A stretch of 59,268 bases of DNA, taken from positions 1-59,268 of the IMG/VR virus record IMGVR_UViG_3300028024_000010; one strand, given 5' to 3'. The notes below the pieces were generated by a model. The model ran no database searches and was not told the origin of the DNA. It was given only the letters and a program-made list of their open reading frames with translations. Positions 37,266-47,366 of the stretch are shown one piece after another; the stretch's first letter is position 1; every line of letters starts with the position of its first letter. Position numbers and translations under genes: made by a program. Source of the stretch: a virus (taxonomy: Duplodnaviria; Caudoviricetes).

Positions 37266-37888
37266 TGTCAGGGTTCGATGAGATCCGCATGCCGCAGAAT
37301 CTGGCGGCCGGCGCCGTCGGCGGCCCCGGTTTCAGCACGACAGTGTTCCCGCTGAATTCGGGTTTCGAGAAGCGCAATCAGAACTGGGCGAAGTCGCGCT
37401 ATCACTGGACGCTGACTCACTGGATGAAAAGCGAAGCCGATATCCAGGCGATGATCACGTTCTTCCATCGTCGCGCCGGCAAGGCGAACGGCTTCCGTTT
37501 CCAGGATCTCGCCGATTATCAGGTCACCGCCTATCAGCAGTTCGCGACCGGTGATGGCGCCACGACACAGTTTCAGCTCAATAAGACCTATACCGACGCC
37601 CTTGGCTCCTACCAGCGTATCATCAAGAAGCCGGTCAACAATTCGACGCTCAGCATCAAGGTCGGCAGCACGATCATCACTGAAGGCATCGGCTCCAGTC
37701 ATTTCACCTGCGATTACACGTCCGGGATCGTGACCATCGGGACGGCGCCGGCATTGTTGACGGCGATCTATTGGACCGGCCAGTTCGATGTCCCGGTCCG
37801 GTTCGATACTGACCAACTGGATATCAATTTCCATCTGCTGCGGATCGGCTCCGCCGAAGGCCTCGATATCGTGGAGCTACGCCTGTGA
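37265..37888 (+). CDS. Distal tail protein (DUF2460, RcGTA g12-like)
   Basis: GGPGFST, SGFE.RN..W, GFRF.D, FDVPVRFDTD. Confidence 0.9.
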   Translation: MSGFDEIRMPQNLAAGAVGGPGFSTTVFPLNSGFEKRNQNWAKSRYHWTLTHWMKSEADIQAMITFFHRRAGKANGFRFQDLADYQVTAYQQFATGDGATTQFQLNKTYTDALGSYQRIIKKPVNNSTLSIKVGSTIITEGIGSSHFTCDYTSGIVTIGTAPALLTAIYWTGQFDVPVRFDTDQLDINFHLLRIGSAEGLDIVELRL

Positions 37889-38997
37889 AGGCAGCCACGG
37901 CGCCGATGGATACACATCTGGCCGGCGATCTCACCAAGATGACGCTGTGCTGCCAGGTCACCCGCAAAGACGCGCAGGTCTTCCGCTTCACGACACATGA
38001 TCAGGATGTCGAATATCCGGCCGGCTCGGGCCTAATCTATTCGTCGTCTTTCGGATCGATTCCGAACGCCATCGACACGAACACCGATTACTCGGTGGCG
38101 ACGCAGAACTATTTCGGCTTCTGGGACGATGCCGAAGTCTCCGAGACCGACATGATCGGCGGCAAGTTCAATGGCGCCGATGTCCGCATCTTCCTGGTGA
38201 ATTGGTCTGATACCTCGGCGACAATGGGGCAGGTCAAGGAATTTCGCGGCAATTTTGGTCAAGCCTCGCTGACGAAGCAGGGATTCTTCCAGATCGAGCT
38301 CCGCTCGATGATGCAGAAATTGCAGCAATTGCTCGGCAGCTATTACAGTCAGACCTGTCAGCATAGCCTCGGCGATAGCAAGTGCCGAGTGCCGATCAAG
38401 CCTGACGATGTCCAGCGCGATACGGATTATGTGCTCGGTCAGATCGTCAAGGTGCCGGACATGATCCCGACGCCCGATAGCAGCGCCTATCATGACCGCA
38501 TCTTTACTTGCACAACGCCGGGCCATACTGACGTCTCGGCACCATTTTATGACTACGCCGTCGGCAACACGACGACCGATGGAACGGCCGCCTTCACCGC
38601 TGCGGAAGCCTGGACCCGCGCCGGAATCGTGGCGGCAGGAACCCAGACGACCGCCGCGGACAAGCACAGCTTCAATGTGACGTTGACGGAACCGCGTGCC
38701 ATCGACGGCTGGTTCAGCGCCGGTGTCCTGACTTTCGAGACGGGCCTCAATGCCGGCATCTCTCTCGAGGTCAAGAACTGGACCGCATCAGGCGCGATCA
38801 TGGGGCTGCGCTATGCGCTGCCTTTCGTGCCAGTCGCCGGCGACAAGTTCAGCGTTTATGCCGGCTGCAACCTGTTTAAATCCGGCTGTAAGAAGTTCAA
38901 CAATATCATCAATCGGCTCGGTTTCGACGATATCACCGGCGAAATCGCGATCCTCGGTTACGGCATCGGTGACGGCAATGTCAGTGTCGGGACCTGA
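37885..38997 (+). CDS. Baseplate hub (DUF2163/BR0599)
   Basis: FTTHD.D, C...LGD..C, GC.....C.KFNN. Confidence 0.9.
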   Translation: MKAATAPMDTHLAGDLTKMTLCCQVTRKDAQVFRFTTHDQDVEYPAGSGLIYSSSFGSIPNAIDTNTDYSVATQNYFGFWDDAEVSETDMIGGKFNGADVRIFLVNWSDTSATMGQVKEFRGNFGQASLTKQGFFQIELRSMMQKLQQLLGSYYSQTCQHSLGDSKCRVPIKPDDVQRDTDYVLGQIVKVPDMIPTPDSSAYHDRIFTCTTPGHTDVSAPFYDYAVGNTTTDGTAAFTAAEAWTRAGIVAAGTQTTAADKHSFNVTLTEPRAIDGWFSAGVLTFETGLNAGISLEVKNWTASGAIMGLRYALPFVPVAGDKFSVYAGCNLFKSGCKKFNNIINRLGFDDITGEIAILGYGIGDGNVSVGT

Positions 38998-39406
38998 GAT
39001 CGCCGCCGCCGCCCGCAAATGGCTGGGCGTCAAATGGCGCCACCAAGGCAGGTCGGGACGCGGGGTCGATTGCATCGGCATAGGCGTCTGTGTCGCCGCG
39101 GATCTCGGTTTCAAGATTCAGGACCGCACCAATTACGGCCGGGAGCCGATACCGACCGAGATCGTCGCGGCCTTTCGCGGCAACGGTTTCAAGGAGGTCA
39201 TCCCGAGGACCATGCGGCAAATAGGCGACGTGCTGGTCTTTCGTGACGGCCGGCATATCCGCCATGTCGGCATCCAGTCGCAAAAGCACGATGTTCCGCA
39301 TCTGATCCATGCGGCCGCCGGACTGCGCCAGGTCGTCGAGGAACCGCTGACATCTGAATGGTTGGCGAAATTGGTCTACGTCTTCAGGTTTCCCGAGGTC
39401 GATTGA
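38978..39406 (+). CDS. NlpC/P60 tail peptidase
   Basis: W.G....HQGR...GVDCIG, HVGI, LIHA. Confidence 0.9.
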   Translation: MSVSGPEIAAAARKWLGVKWRHQGRSGRGVDCIGIGVCVAADLGFKIQDRTNYGREPIPTEIVAAFRGNGFKEVIPRTMRQIGDVLVFRDGRHIRHVGIQSQKHDVPHLIHAAAGLRQVVEEPLTSEWLAKLVYVFRFPEVD

Positions 39407-39410
39407 GAAA

Positions 39411-42400
39411 ATGGCACGTACCGCGATTGTCACCGGAGCAGGTCTGCTTGGTGCGGCGATCGGCTCTGAGTTCGGCAGTCCCGGCCTCGGCTTCACATTG
39501 GGCAGCCTTGCCGGTTCCGTCGTTGCAAGCTTTGCCGTGCCGAGCGGGTCGACGACAAAAGGCCCGCGCATCTCCGATCTCAAAGTTACGTCCTCGGCCT
39601 ATGGCGCCTTCATCCCCTATGGCTTCGGGACCGTCATCGTCGGCGGCAACATCATCTGGTCGACCGATCTCAAGGAGCACAAGAAGAAGAGCAAGAGCGG
39701 CAAGGGCAGCAGCGATACCGCTGGTACGGCGATCACCTTCTACTACACCGCCTCTTTCGCCCTCGGTCTTGCCTATGGTCCTGCCCAGGATGTGCTTCGC
39801 ATCTGGTTCGACGACAAGCTCTATTTCGACAAGACCGGAACCGGCCCTGTTATCAAGAAGGGCGGCCTTACGTTCCGCTTCTATCCGGGCGATGACAGCC
39901 AGCTGCCGGATCCATCAATCGTTGCCGCACTGGGCGAAGAGAATACGCCAGCCTGGCGAGGCCTTGTCTATATCGTCTTCGATGAACTCGACTTGAGCCC
40001 GTTCGCCAATCGCATTCCGACGATCAAGGTCGAGTTCACCTATAACGCGGTGCCGACATTTCCCTATACACCGCTGACGATACCTGCTGGAGCACCGGCG
40101 CCGACAGGTTCGTTCCTGGCGGTGGATCTCACGCGCAACGTTGCTTATACGACATCCACCGGAAATGCCTATTTGGAGCGCATCAACCTCGACACGATGA
40201 CGCTCGATTTCTGGAAAGACGGAAATATCGTCAATTCCGCAGGCAACGGATTTGTGAAGAATGCCTTGGGCGTCGGTCTCGATGGCTATATTTATGGCTC
40301 AGATGGCTCGGCTTATAATGATACGCCTCTTCTGAAGGTCAATCCCGAGACGTTGATGGAGGTTGCCCGGGGCGGGCTCGACGGAGATTTCACCGGCTAT
40401 CCCACGGCGATTACCGGAACGGCTGATGATATTGCTTCCATCCAGAACTTCGGCGTCAATGCTGTCAACACCTATGCGATTATCATCAGCCGTTTCGCCG
40501 CGACCGGATTTGTCGGCGTCTTGACCGTCAATGGCGGCCCGTCGGCGGCGGAGGATATCTCCGCTGGTTCACTGCCGATTCAATTAGCTGGTTGGTCAGA
40601 AGGCACGCCCGGAGATGGGCCGGCGATCTATATGGTCGGGGCGACTGATCTCTCCAGTACCGGCGCGATCGATACCATCGAATCCTGGGCCTATGCCTAT
40701 GGCATGCTGGCTGACGGTCAAATCGTTCGGGTTATCGTTGCCGGCTATCCGCTGTTTCAAAATACCTATGGCGGCGGTGCTGAGGCCCTGGCGAAAGGCT
40801 GCGCGATTGATTATTTCGATCCCCTTTCTTTGGATGACATCGCCGCAGCGGCTGGAAAATATTCGGGATATTACCTCACTTACAACACCGTTGGAACGGG
40901 ATGGTGGGACCAGACCGACGACACAATCATCTTCACATGCCGCCTGAATAAAGGATCGGGGTCCGATGTCCTGCTGGTCAAATACAAGCCGGACAAGCAG
41001 AACCTGTTTACGCCGATAGACACCGTCATTTGGGCGACGGTCGTGACCGGCGGTCTTTTTACCGGCACGACACATGGAACAAAATTGATCGGCAACCGCC
41101 TCGCTTATATGATGGGCAATGTGGTTTATCAGTTCGATACGACGACCGGCGCGATGACCACTCAGGTCTGGCCGATCAGCGCCACGAATGGAAGCTTTCC
41201 GCAGGTTTACGACACCGAGTCAGACAGTCTCGTCGCCTTTATTACCGGACATAACTGGACCCGGATTTATCTCAATCGCGGAACCGGTGACGGCACGACG
41301 GATGGTAGCATCGTCGCCGATCTGTGCAGCCGCATCGGGTATGGACCCGGTGACATCGATGTCTCGCAGCTGACCGATCCGGTGTATGGCTTCCTGGTCA
41401 CCAATCAATCGGCGGTGAAGGACAATATCCTGGCACTTGGCCAGGCGTTCTTTTTCGATCCTGTCGAGAGCGACTTCAAGATCAAGTTCCCGAAGCGTGG
41501 CGGTCCGTCCGTCGTGACGATTCCGCAAGACGACATGATGTGGCTCGGCAACAGCGGTTCCGACAAAAATCCGCAATTCATGTCGGATGATGAAACACAG
41601 GACGTCGATCTGCCGTTTTCCGTCTCGGTCGCGTTCCTGAATAAGGATCAGCAGGATCAGCAAGGCAGTATGGAATATCGCCGCATCGATGCGCCCGTCG
41701 CGACAATGGGTTCGCAGAACCGGACGACGGCGCAATTGCCGATCGTGATGACTGGGACCGATGCTTTGAAGATCGCGGAGCAAGCAGTTGACGCGGCGTG
41801 GGTCAGCCGGCATCACTACAGCCATATGCTGCCGCCGAAATATCTGAAATATGACGGCACCGACGTCGTCACATTCGCCTACTCGGATGGGACATCTACC
41901 CTGGCCCGGATCATCCAGCTTGGTACCGGCGCCGATTTTTCGCTTGATGTCACCAGTGTTTCCGAGGACCCGACGGTTTATGGCGGCACATTGATTGCTG
42001 ATAATGCCAACTATCCGGCGCAGGTGATCTCCGGGCCTGTGATCGGAAAGCTATTTGTCCTCAACATCCCGCTGCCGCGCGATGTGGACGATACTGGCGG
42101 TGTCGGGTCAAGAATCTATCTGGCGACATCGGGGTATAGCGCCGCAACGAATCCGCCTCGCGTCATCATGCGGAGCTATGACCAAGGCGTCACCTGGGAT
42201 GAAGTAACCCGCACCTATCTCGACGCGACCTGGGGCAGCTGCGTCACCGCACTTCCAGACACGACGCATCCCTTCGCCTGGAATGACGATTATACGCTCA
42301 CGATCCAGCTGACCGATGCCGGCAACGAAGCCCTGGCCAGTGTCACGGAAGCAGAGGTCTATGCCGGCAGCAATGTCGCCGCCATCATCAAATCGAACGG

Positions 42401-43685
42401 TGATGCCGAGATCATCCAGTTCGCAGATGTCACCCTGAATGCCGATGGCAGTTACACGCTGTCGCATATCCTGCGCGGCCGCCGCGGGACGGAGGTCTAC
42501 ACGGCCGGCCATGGGATCGGGGATTACTTCCTGCTGCTCGATGCGAGCGAGATGACCTCGGTTGTGGTGCCGTTGAGCGATATCAACCGGTCCGTCATGT
42601 GGAAGGTCGTGACCGCCGGCCAGGTGGCGGCCGACGTGGACGGGTTCACGCGGATCACGACCGGCGCCGATCTCAAGCCTTATGCCGTCGATCACATCGC
42701 TGTTGCTGCGTCAGGTTCCGATCTCAATCTCATCTGGGTACGCCGGACGCGTCTCGGCGGTGGCCTCTTCGACGGCACTGGCACCGTGCCACTATCGGAA
42801 ACCTCGGAAGCCTACGAGATCGATATCCTTTCCGGCCCCGGCGGCATCGTGAAGCGGACCATATCGGGCCTGACATCGCCGACAGCAACCTATACCGGTG
42901 CGCAGATCCTGACGGATTTTGGTACATCCATCAGCAGCCTGACGCTGAAAATCTACCAGCTGAGCGGCGTCGTCGGGCGCGGCTTCGCCAGGGAAACCAC
43001 GCTATCCGTTACCGGCTTGCCGAGCCTGTCGCCAACCGCCATCCCAGCAGTTCCGACCGGTCCGGCATATTTCCCCGCGGCGGGCCAGAACGCGCTGACC
43101 TGGAATGCAAACGTGCTCGGCGATTATGTGACGGCCTATCATCTCTATCGTGCTGCAGGAAATGGCGCCGCTTTCGCCGATGCCAGCCTGATCTGGTCCG
43201 GTAGCGTCAATTCCTACGTCGATAGCGGGCTCGCGGTCGGCCAGAAGAACACCTATTTCCTGACCGCGACGAACGCCATCGGGACATCATCGAACACGGC
43301 CGGCCTCGATACGACGGCGGGCGTCATCGTCAAGGATCTCCGGATCATCGGTGGGACACCGGGTGTCAAACCGACAGGGCTCCAAGAACTTCTGCTGATG
43401 GTCATGCTGTCCGGCGATACGTTGCCGAAGGACCTGATTTACAACGGCGTGCATAGCAAGATCAGCTGCGAAATAGCGCCGACCGCCGATTACACCATCA
43501 CCTTGAAAAAGAACGGCTCAACGATCGGGACCGGCACAATATTGGCTGGTCACACAACGGGAACATGGTCATTTGCAGCGGCTGTCACCTTTGCCGATGG
43601 CGATCTCTTCACCGTCACAGCGCCGGTATCTGATTCCACCATGTCCGGGCTCGCTTTGACGATCCTCGGCTCCCGCACGACCTGA
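39411..43685 (+). CDS. Tail tip/central fibre protein (RcGTA g15 megatron-like)
   Basis: GPRI.DL, S.YG..IP..G, PAWRGL.Y..F, NRIP, RGRRGT, W.RR.R; FN3-like domain near the C-terminus. Confidence 0.88.
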   Translation: MARTAIVTGAGLLGAAIGSEFGSPGLGFTLGSLAGSVVASFAVPSGSTTKGPRISDLKVTSSAYGAFIPYGFGTVIVGGNIIWSTDLKEHKKKSKSGKGSSDTAGTAITFYYTASFALGLAYGPAQDVLRIWFDDKLYFDKTGTGPVIKKGGLTFRFYPGDDSQLPDPSIVAALGEENTPAWRGLVYIVFDELDLSPFANRIPTIKVEFTYNAVPTFPYTPLTIPAGAPAPTGSFLAVDLTRNVAYTTSTGNAYLERINLDTMTLDFWKDGNIVNSAGNGFVKNALGVGLDGYIYGSDGSAYNDTPLLKVNPETLMEVARGGLDGDFTGYPTAITGTADDIASIQNFGVNAVNTYAIIISRFAATGFVGVLTVNGGPSAAEDISAGSLPIQLAGWSEGTPGDGPAIYMVGATDLSSTGAIDTIESWAYAYGMLADGQIVRVIVAGYPLFQNTYGGGAEALAKGCAIDYFDPLSLDDIAAAAGKYSGYYLTYNTVGTGWWDQTDDTIIFTCRLNKGSGSDVLLVKYKPDKQNLFTPIDTVIWATVVTGGLFTGTTHGTKLIGNRLAYMMGNVVYQFDTTTGAMTTQVWPISATNGSFPQVYDTESDSLVAFITGHNWTRIYLNRGTGDGTTDGSIVADLCSRIGYGPGDIDVSQLTDPVYGFLVTNQSAVKDNILALGQAFFFDPVESDFKIKFPKRGGPSVVTIPQDDMMWLGNSGSDKNPQFMSDDETQDVDLPFSVSVAFLNKDQQDQQGSMEYRRIDAPVATMGSQNRTTAQLPIVMTGTDALKIAEQAVDAAWVSRHHYSHMLPPKYLKYDGTDVVTFAYSDGTSTLARIIQLGTGADFSLDVTSVSEDPTVYGGTLIADNANYPAQVISGPVIGKLFVLNIPLPRDVDDTGGVGSRIYLATSGYSAATNPPRVIMRSYDQGVTWDEVTRTYLDATWGSCVTALPDTTHPFAWNDDYTLTIQLTDAGNEALASVTEAEVYAGSNVAAIIKSNGDAEIIQFADVTLNADGSYTLSHILRGRRGTEVYTAGHGIGDYFLLLDASEMTSVVVPLSDINRSVMWKVVTAGQVAADVDGFTRITTGADLKPYAVDHIAVAASGSDLNLIWVRRTRLGGGLFDGTGTVPLSETSEAYEIDILSGPGGIVKRTISGLTSPTATYTGAQILTDFGTSISSLTLKIYQLSGVVGRGFARETTLSVTGLPSLSPTAIPAVPTGPAYFPAAGQNALTWNANVLGDYVTAYHLYRAAGNGAAFADASLIWSGSVNSYVDSGLAVGQKNTYFLTATNAIGTSSNTAGLDTTAGVIVKDLRIIGGTPGVKPTGLQELLLMVMLSGDTLPKDLIYNGVHSKISCEIAPTADYTITLKKNGSTIGTGTILAGHTTGTWSFAAAVTFADGDLFTVTAPVSDSTMSGLALTILGSRTT

Positions 43686-43731
43686 CCCCATCAACATCGG
43701 CGCATATGCGCCGCCGAAAGGCCTTAACGCG

Positions 43732-45246
43732 ATGGCACTCATCATCCGCGATAGCTTCGCGCCATATGCAACGGTCACCGATATGGGCTTGTCCTATTGG
43801 GATGTGGCGAATACCAACGCCAGCCTCTCTTCCGCAGTGACGCGGTTCGGTGAGGGACAATCCTTCCGCAGCCCCAGCGCCGGAGGCGGCGGCGCCGTCT
43901 TGCTGCAGAAGGCGATGACATCGAACCAGCAGACGATATTCGCTGCCTTCGCCTTCATCTATAACGCGGCGTTTTCCGGCACGAGCGAAGTCATCGGTGT
44001 CCAATATCTTGACGGCACGACACAGCAGGTAACGATCAGTCTCCGTTCCGATGGTGCCGTTGTGGTGCGGCGCGGCAGCTTTGCCGGCACCGTGGTGCAG
44101 ACTTTTACCGGTGTCTTTTCCGCCAGCGCCTGGACGCAATTCCAGATCAAGACCGTGATCGACGGTTCCACCGGGTCGGTATCGATCCGGCTCAACGGTA
44201 ATACTTCGGACGACTTCGCGGCGACCGGACTCAATATCAAATCCTCGGCGAACAGCTATGCGAATGTCGTCGCCGTCACCCAGACTGCCGCCGGCAGTAA
44301 CGCGTATATCCAGCATCTCGCCCTCTTCGACAGTTCGGGATCTGCGCCCTGGAACAACTGGGTCGGCGATGTCCGCGCCAATCTGATCCGTCCCTCTGCC
44401 GATACGGCGCAGAAGCAGTTCAGCCCGAGCCCGGCGACCTCGACCAATTTTGGTGAGCAGACCCAGGTCAGTACCAATACGCTTGCCATCACTGCCGGGC
44501 AGATCCGTGTTGCCAGGGTCATTACGGCACCGGTTGGCGGTACCCTGGGCAAGGCAACGGCGAATTTCAATGCCGCGATGACCGGCAACGCCAAGGTCGC
44601 TCTTTATGACAGCGATGGTGCGGCTGGTGTGCCGGGAACACTTCTAGCGACGTCGAACCAGGTCACCAACCCCGTCATCGGGGTCAATGACTTCACGTTC
44701 AGCTCACCGCCGCTTCTCCGCAGCTCACATCAATATTATCTCGCCATCCTCACCGATACGAATTGCACGCTGAAAGCAGCCACCGGCACGTCAGCGACCT
44801 TTATCCAGACACAGGCCTATGCGTCCGGCTTCCCGGCGATCATGACGCCAACCGGCAATACCGCAACCGATCCCGTCCTTTTCGGTACCATCACGGTGAC
44901 CAATTCCGGCTGTGTCCAGGAAGTGATCCAGGACGGTTCGGCATCCTATGTCTTCGACAGCACGGTCGGGCATTACGATCTCTATGATTTCGATGATCTT
45001 ACCTCGACGCCGGCTTCAATCCTCGGCCTGTCGCTGCGGGCCTTTGTCTCGAAGTCCGATGCCGGAGCGCGATCTGGTGCCCTCACCCTGAAATCCGGGG
45101 CGACGAGCCAGGACAGCGCGACGGTCGTTCTTTCGACGACGAACTCCAATCTCGTCATGGTGCAGGATACCGATCCGAATACTGGATCGGCGTGGACCCC
45201 GCCCGGTATCGCTGCCATGCAAGCCGGGCCGAAGACAGCCGCCTGA
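43732..45246 (+). CDS. Putative tail fibre/receptor-binding protein
   Basis: 504 aa, T/S/G-rich beta protein with lectin-like N-terminus; C-terminal DPNTG.AWT. Confidence 0.65.
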   Translation: MALIIRDSFAPYATVTDMGLSYWDVANTNASLSSAVTRFGEGQSFRSPSAGGGGAVLLQKAMTSNQQTIFAAFAFIYNAAFSGTSEVIGVQYLDGTTQQVTISLRSDGAVVVRRGSFAGTVVQTFTGVFSASAWTQFQIKTVIDGSTGSVSIRLNGNTSDDFAATGLNIKSSANSYANVVAVTQTAAGSNAYIQHLALFDSSGSAPWNNWVGDVRANLIRPSADTAQKQFSPSPATSTNFGEQTQVSTNTLAITAGQIRVARVITAPVGGTLGKATANFNAAMTGNAKVALYDSDGAAGVPGTLLATSNQVTNPVIGVNDFTFSSPPLLRSSHQYYLAILTDTNCTLKAATGTSATFIQTQAYASGFPAIMTPTGNTATDPVLFGTITVTNSGCVQEVIQDGSASYVFDSTVGHYDLYDFDDLTSTPASILGLSLRAFVSKSDAGARSGALTLKSGATSQDSATVVLSTTNSNLVMVQDTDPNTGSAWTPPGIAAMQAGPKTAA

Positions 45247-45497
45247 TGACCGATTTCCGCACGACAACTATCGTTGCCGAGGTCTGGTCGGTGATGACGC
45301 CGGCCTATCAGGCAACGGAGGTTGTTGCCGAGGTCTGGTCGGTGATGACGCCGGCCATGCAAATGTCAGACTTCCTGATTGAGATGTGGGCGCTCAACGT
45401 CACGGTCGGAACACAGTTCGTCGTCTCATTGATGGACATAGAAGTCTGGTCACTCATTCAACATAACACCGCACCCTTTTTCTTCGTGATCACATAG
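45246..45497 (+). CDS. Small tail-associated protein with internal repeats
   Basis: TGATG coupling; four ExW units. Confidence 0.65.
   Translation: MTDFRTTTIVAEVWSVMTPAYQATEVVAEVWSVMTPAMQMSDFLIEMWALNVTVGTQFVVSLMDIEVWSLIQHNTAPFFFVIT
45273..45356 (+). repeat. Exact 33-bp direct repeat, period 51 bp
   Basis: GTTGCCGAGGTCTGGTCGGTGATGACGCCGGCC at 45273 and 45324. Confidence 0.9.
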
Positions 45498-45507
45498 GCA
45501 GGTCAGC

Positions 45508-46200
45508 ATGACGGCTAGTCCCATTCTCGGCATTCAGGAAGTGTCCTCAAGCCAGAATCAGAAAGAGGCGACGATCAATACGGCGATCGAGCTTCTTGAA
45601 AAGGCGCTGTGCGATACGCTGGATGTCGATGTGACATCTGCGAATCAGACCATCGTCGATACCGATTATCAGCAGCATGTGCGCTTCCGGATCTTCGGCG
45701 CGACGACGCCTGGCCGGGTGGTTATCCTCGGTAACAATCCGATCAAGCGCCTGGTGATCCTTCGCTCTTCATTATCAAATACGCAGCCGGTTTTGATCGA
45801 GCGCGGCTCGACAACGATCACGCTCTATCCAGGACAGACGATCTTCGTTTACACGAACGGGACGGCGAACGGTCTCGACCGCATGGACGTCCCTGGCAAG
45901 GTGATGCCGTATTCAGTCGCCGGCAACCATCTCGTGCTTTCGGGCGATGCCGGCGCCTATATCTACTGCACCGCCGGCGCGCCGAGCGCGATGATCATCG
46001 CCTCGAACCAGGATTCGCCGATGGATATCGGCACGCGCATCTGGTTTGTGCAGAAGGGGGCCGGTCAAATCGCTCTTGCCGCCGGTACCGGCGTGACGAT
46101 CTTGACCGCCCGGAGCCTCACCACGCGGGCGCAATATTCCGAGATCTATATCACCAAAATCGACACCGATACCTGGATCGCCAGCGGCGACCTGACATAA
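45508..46200 (+). CDS. Tail fibre-like protein (DUF2793-like N-terminus)
   Basis: SP.LG...Q.QKE.T.N.A N-terminus; Q.GAG..RAQYS..DTW...GDL C-terminus. Confidence 0.7.
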   Translation: MTASPILGIQEVSSSQNQKEATINTAIELLEKALCDTLDVDVTSANQTIVDTDYQQHVRFRIFGATTPGRVVILGNNPIKRLVILRSSLSNTQPVLIERGSTTITLYPGQTIFVYTNGTANGLDRMDVPGKVMPYSVAGNHLVLSGDAGAYIYCTAGAPSAMIIASNQDSPMDIGTRIWFVQKGAGQIALAAGTGVTILTARSLTTRAQYSEIYITKIDTDTWIASGDLT

Positions 46201-46213
46201 GGGGGCAGGGAAG

Positions 46214-46447
46214 ATGGACCATTTGAGCATCAGGACCGAAGCGACTTTGGGGGCTGGTCTGATGACAACGCCCTTCTGGGTTTCACTTCTGAACAACATC
46301 GGCTGGGTTGCCAGCATCATTGCCGCGGTGTGCGGGGCCATCGTTGGTATTCATGCCGTCTGGCGCATCTGGAGCAATCGCAAAAAGTTGGACACGACAG
46401 CGGCCAAAAAGGCCGATGAAGACGACCTCGATATTCTCGCTCCGTGA
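46214..46447 (+). CDS. Putative holin/antiholin
   Basis: Small hydrophobic protein with a charged C-terminus at the start of the lysis cassette. Confidence 0.6.
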   Translation: MDHLSIRTEATLGAGLMTTPFWVSLLNNIGWVASIIAAVCGAIVGIHAVWRIWSNRKKLDTTAAKKADEDDLDILAP

Positions 46448-46459
46448 AAGGAAATCATC

Positions 46460-46819
46460 ATGCTGAAAAGCCTGCTCACTCTCGAAAATCTTTGGAAGGG
46501 CCTCGGCCACATGACGCGCTGGGTCCTGGTACCGCTGATCATGCTGGCCGTCACCATGGCAGGCCTCGTGCTGGTCAGCACCGATCTTCTCAGCCCGCGG
46601 ATGCAAAGCGAAATCGCGTCGCTCTGGTACGTTTTTATCGCCGTCACCGCTTGGTGGCTGATGCGGCGCTGGCTGAACTGGCTCAATGGCGTGAGGTTCA
46701 AAAAAGATGTCGCACCGCTCATTTATCAAAATGCTCTATCTGCTGCTATTCATAGCGTCGGCCAGTCTCTCGCCCTCGCCATCCTCATCAGCAGCGTTCT
46801 CGCCACAGTACGATTCTGA
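46460..46819 (+). CDS. Putative holin with about 3 TM segments
   Basis: Hydrophobic segments; overlaps the endolysin start. Confidence 0.65.
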   Translation: MLKSLLTLENLWKGLGHMTRWVLVPLIMLAVTMAGLVLVSTDLLSPRMQSEIASLWYVFIAVTAWWLMRRWLNWLNGVRFKKDVAPLIYQNALSAAIHSVGQSLALAILISSVLATVRF

Positions 46820-47300
46820 CATCCGCGGTGCGGTCGCCCAGTTCTGGCCCGAGGGGCCGGATTGGACCTGGTGGAAGGCGCAGCTCTACCAGGAAAGCCG
46901 CCTGGACCCGCAAGCAATGTCTCCGGTGGGCGCGCGGGGGCTGGCGCAGACGATGCCAGCTACATGGGCAGAAATAACCCGCCAGCTACATTGGGGCAAT
47001 GTCAGCCCGCATTCGCCGCGCCATGCGATCTACGGGGGAGCCTATTATATGCGGCGCATGCAGCTGGCCTGGACCTCGAGGCGCACAATCGAGGAACGGC
47101 AGAAGCTGGCCCAGGCGAGCTATAATGCTGGCACCGGCCATATCATCGAGGCGCAGGACGCCTGCCATGGCGCGTTGACATGGGACCGCATATGGCCATG
47201 CCTGGCGCAGGTCACCGGCCAGGAGAACGCTCAGCAGACGATCGACTATGTGACGCGCATCGCCGCCTGGCGCCGGCAGATCCTCAGCACGCCGCACTGA
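46731..47300 (+). CDS. Lytic transglycosylase (SLT) endolysin with N-terminal signal peptide
   Basis: QES, SPVGARGLAQTMP.TW, ASYNAG, T..YV; MLYLLLFIASAS leader. Confidence 0.9.
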   Translation: MLYLLLFIASASLSPSPSSSAAFSPQYDSDIRGAVAQFWPEGPDWTWWKAQLYQESRLDPQAMSPVGARGLAQTMPATWAEITRQLHWGNVSPHSPRHAIYGGAYYMRRMQLAWTSRRTIEERQKLAQASYNAGTGHIIEAQDACHGALTWDRIWPCLAQVTGQENAQQTIDYVTRIAAWRRQILSTPH

Positions 47301-47366
47301 TCACCACCTGACTTTCCGATCCTTCAACCGCGCTGCCCGAGCGGCAGCCGAGAGCGGAGCCTTGCC

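Noticed and set aside
45273-45356. Direct repeat near the tail fibres as a DGR template/variable repeat pair or mini-CRISPR
   Set aside because: Copies are identical and coding, with no adenine-specific differences, and no reverse transcriptase is visible in the window.
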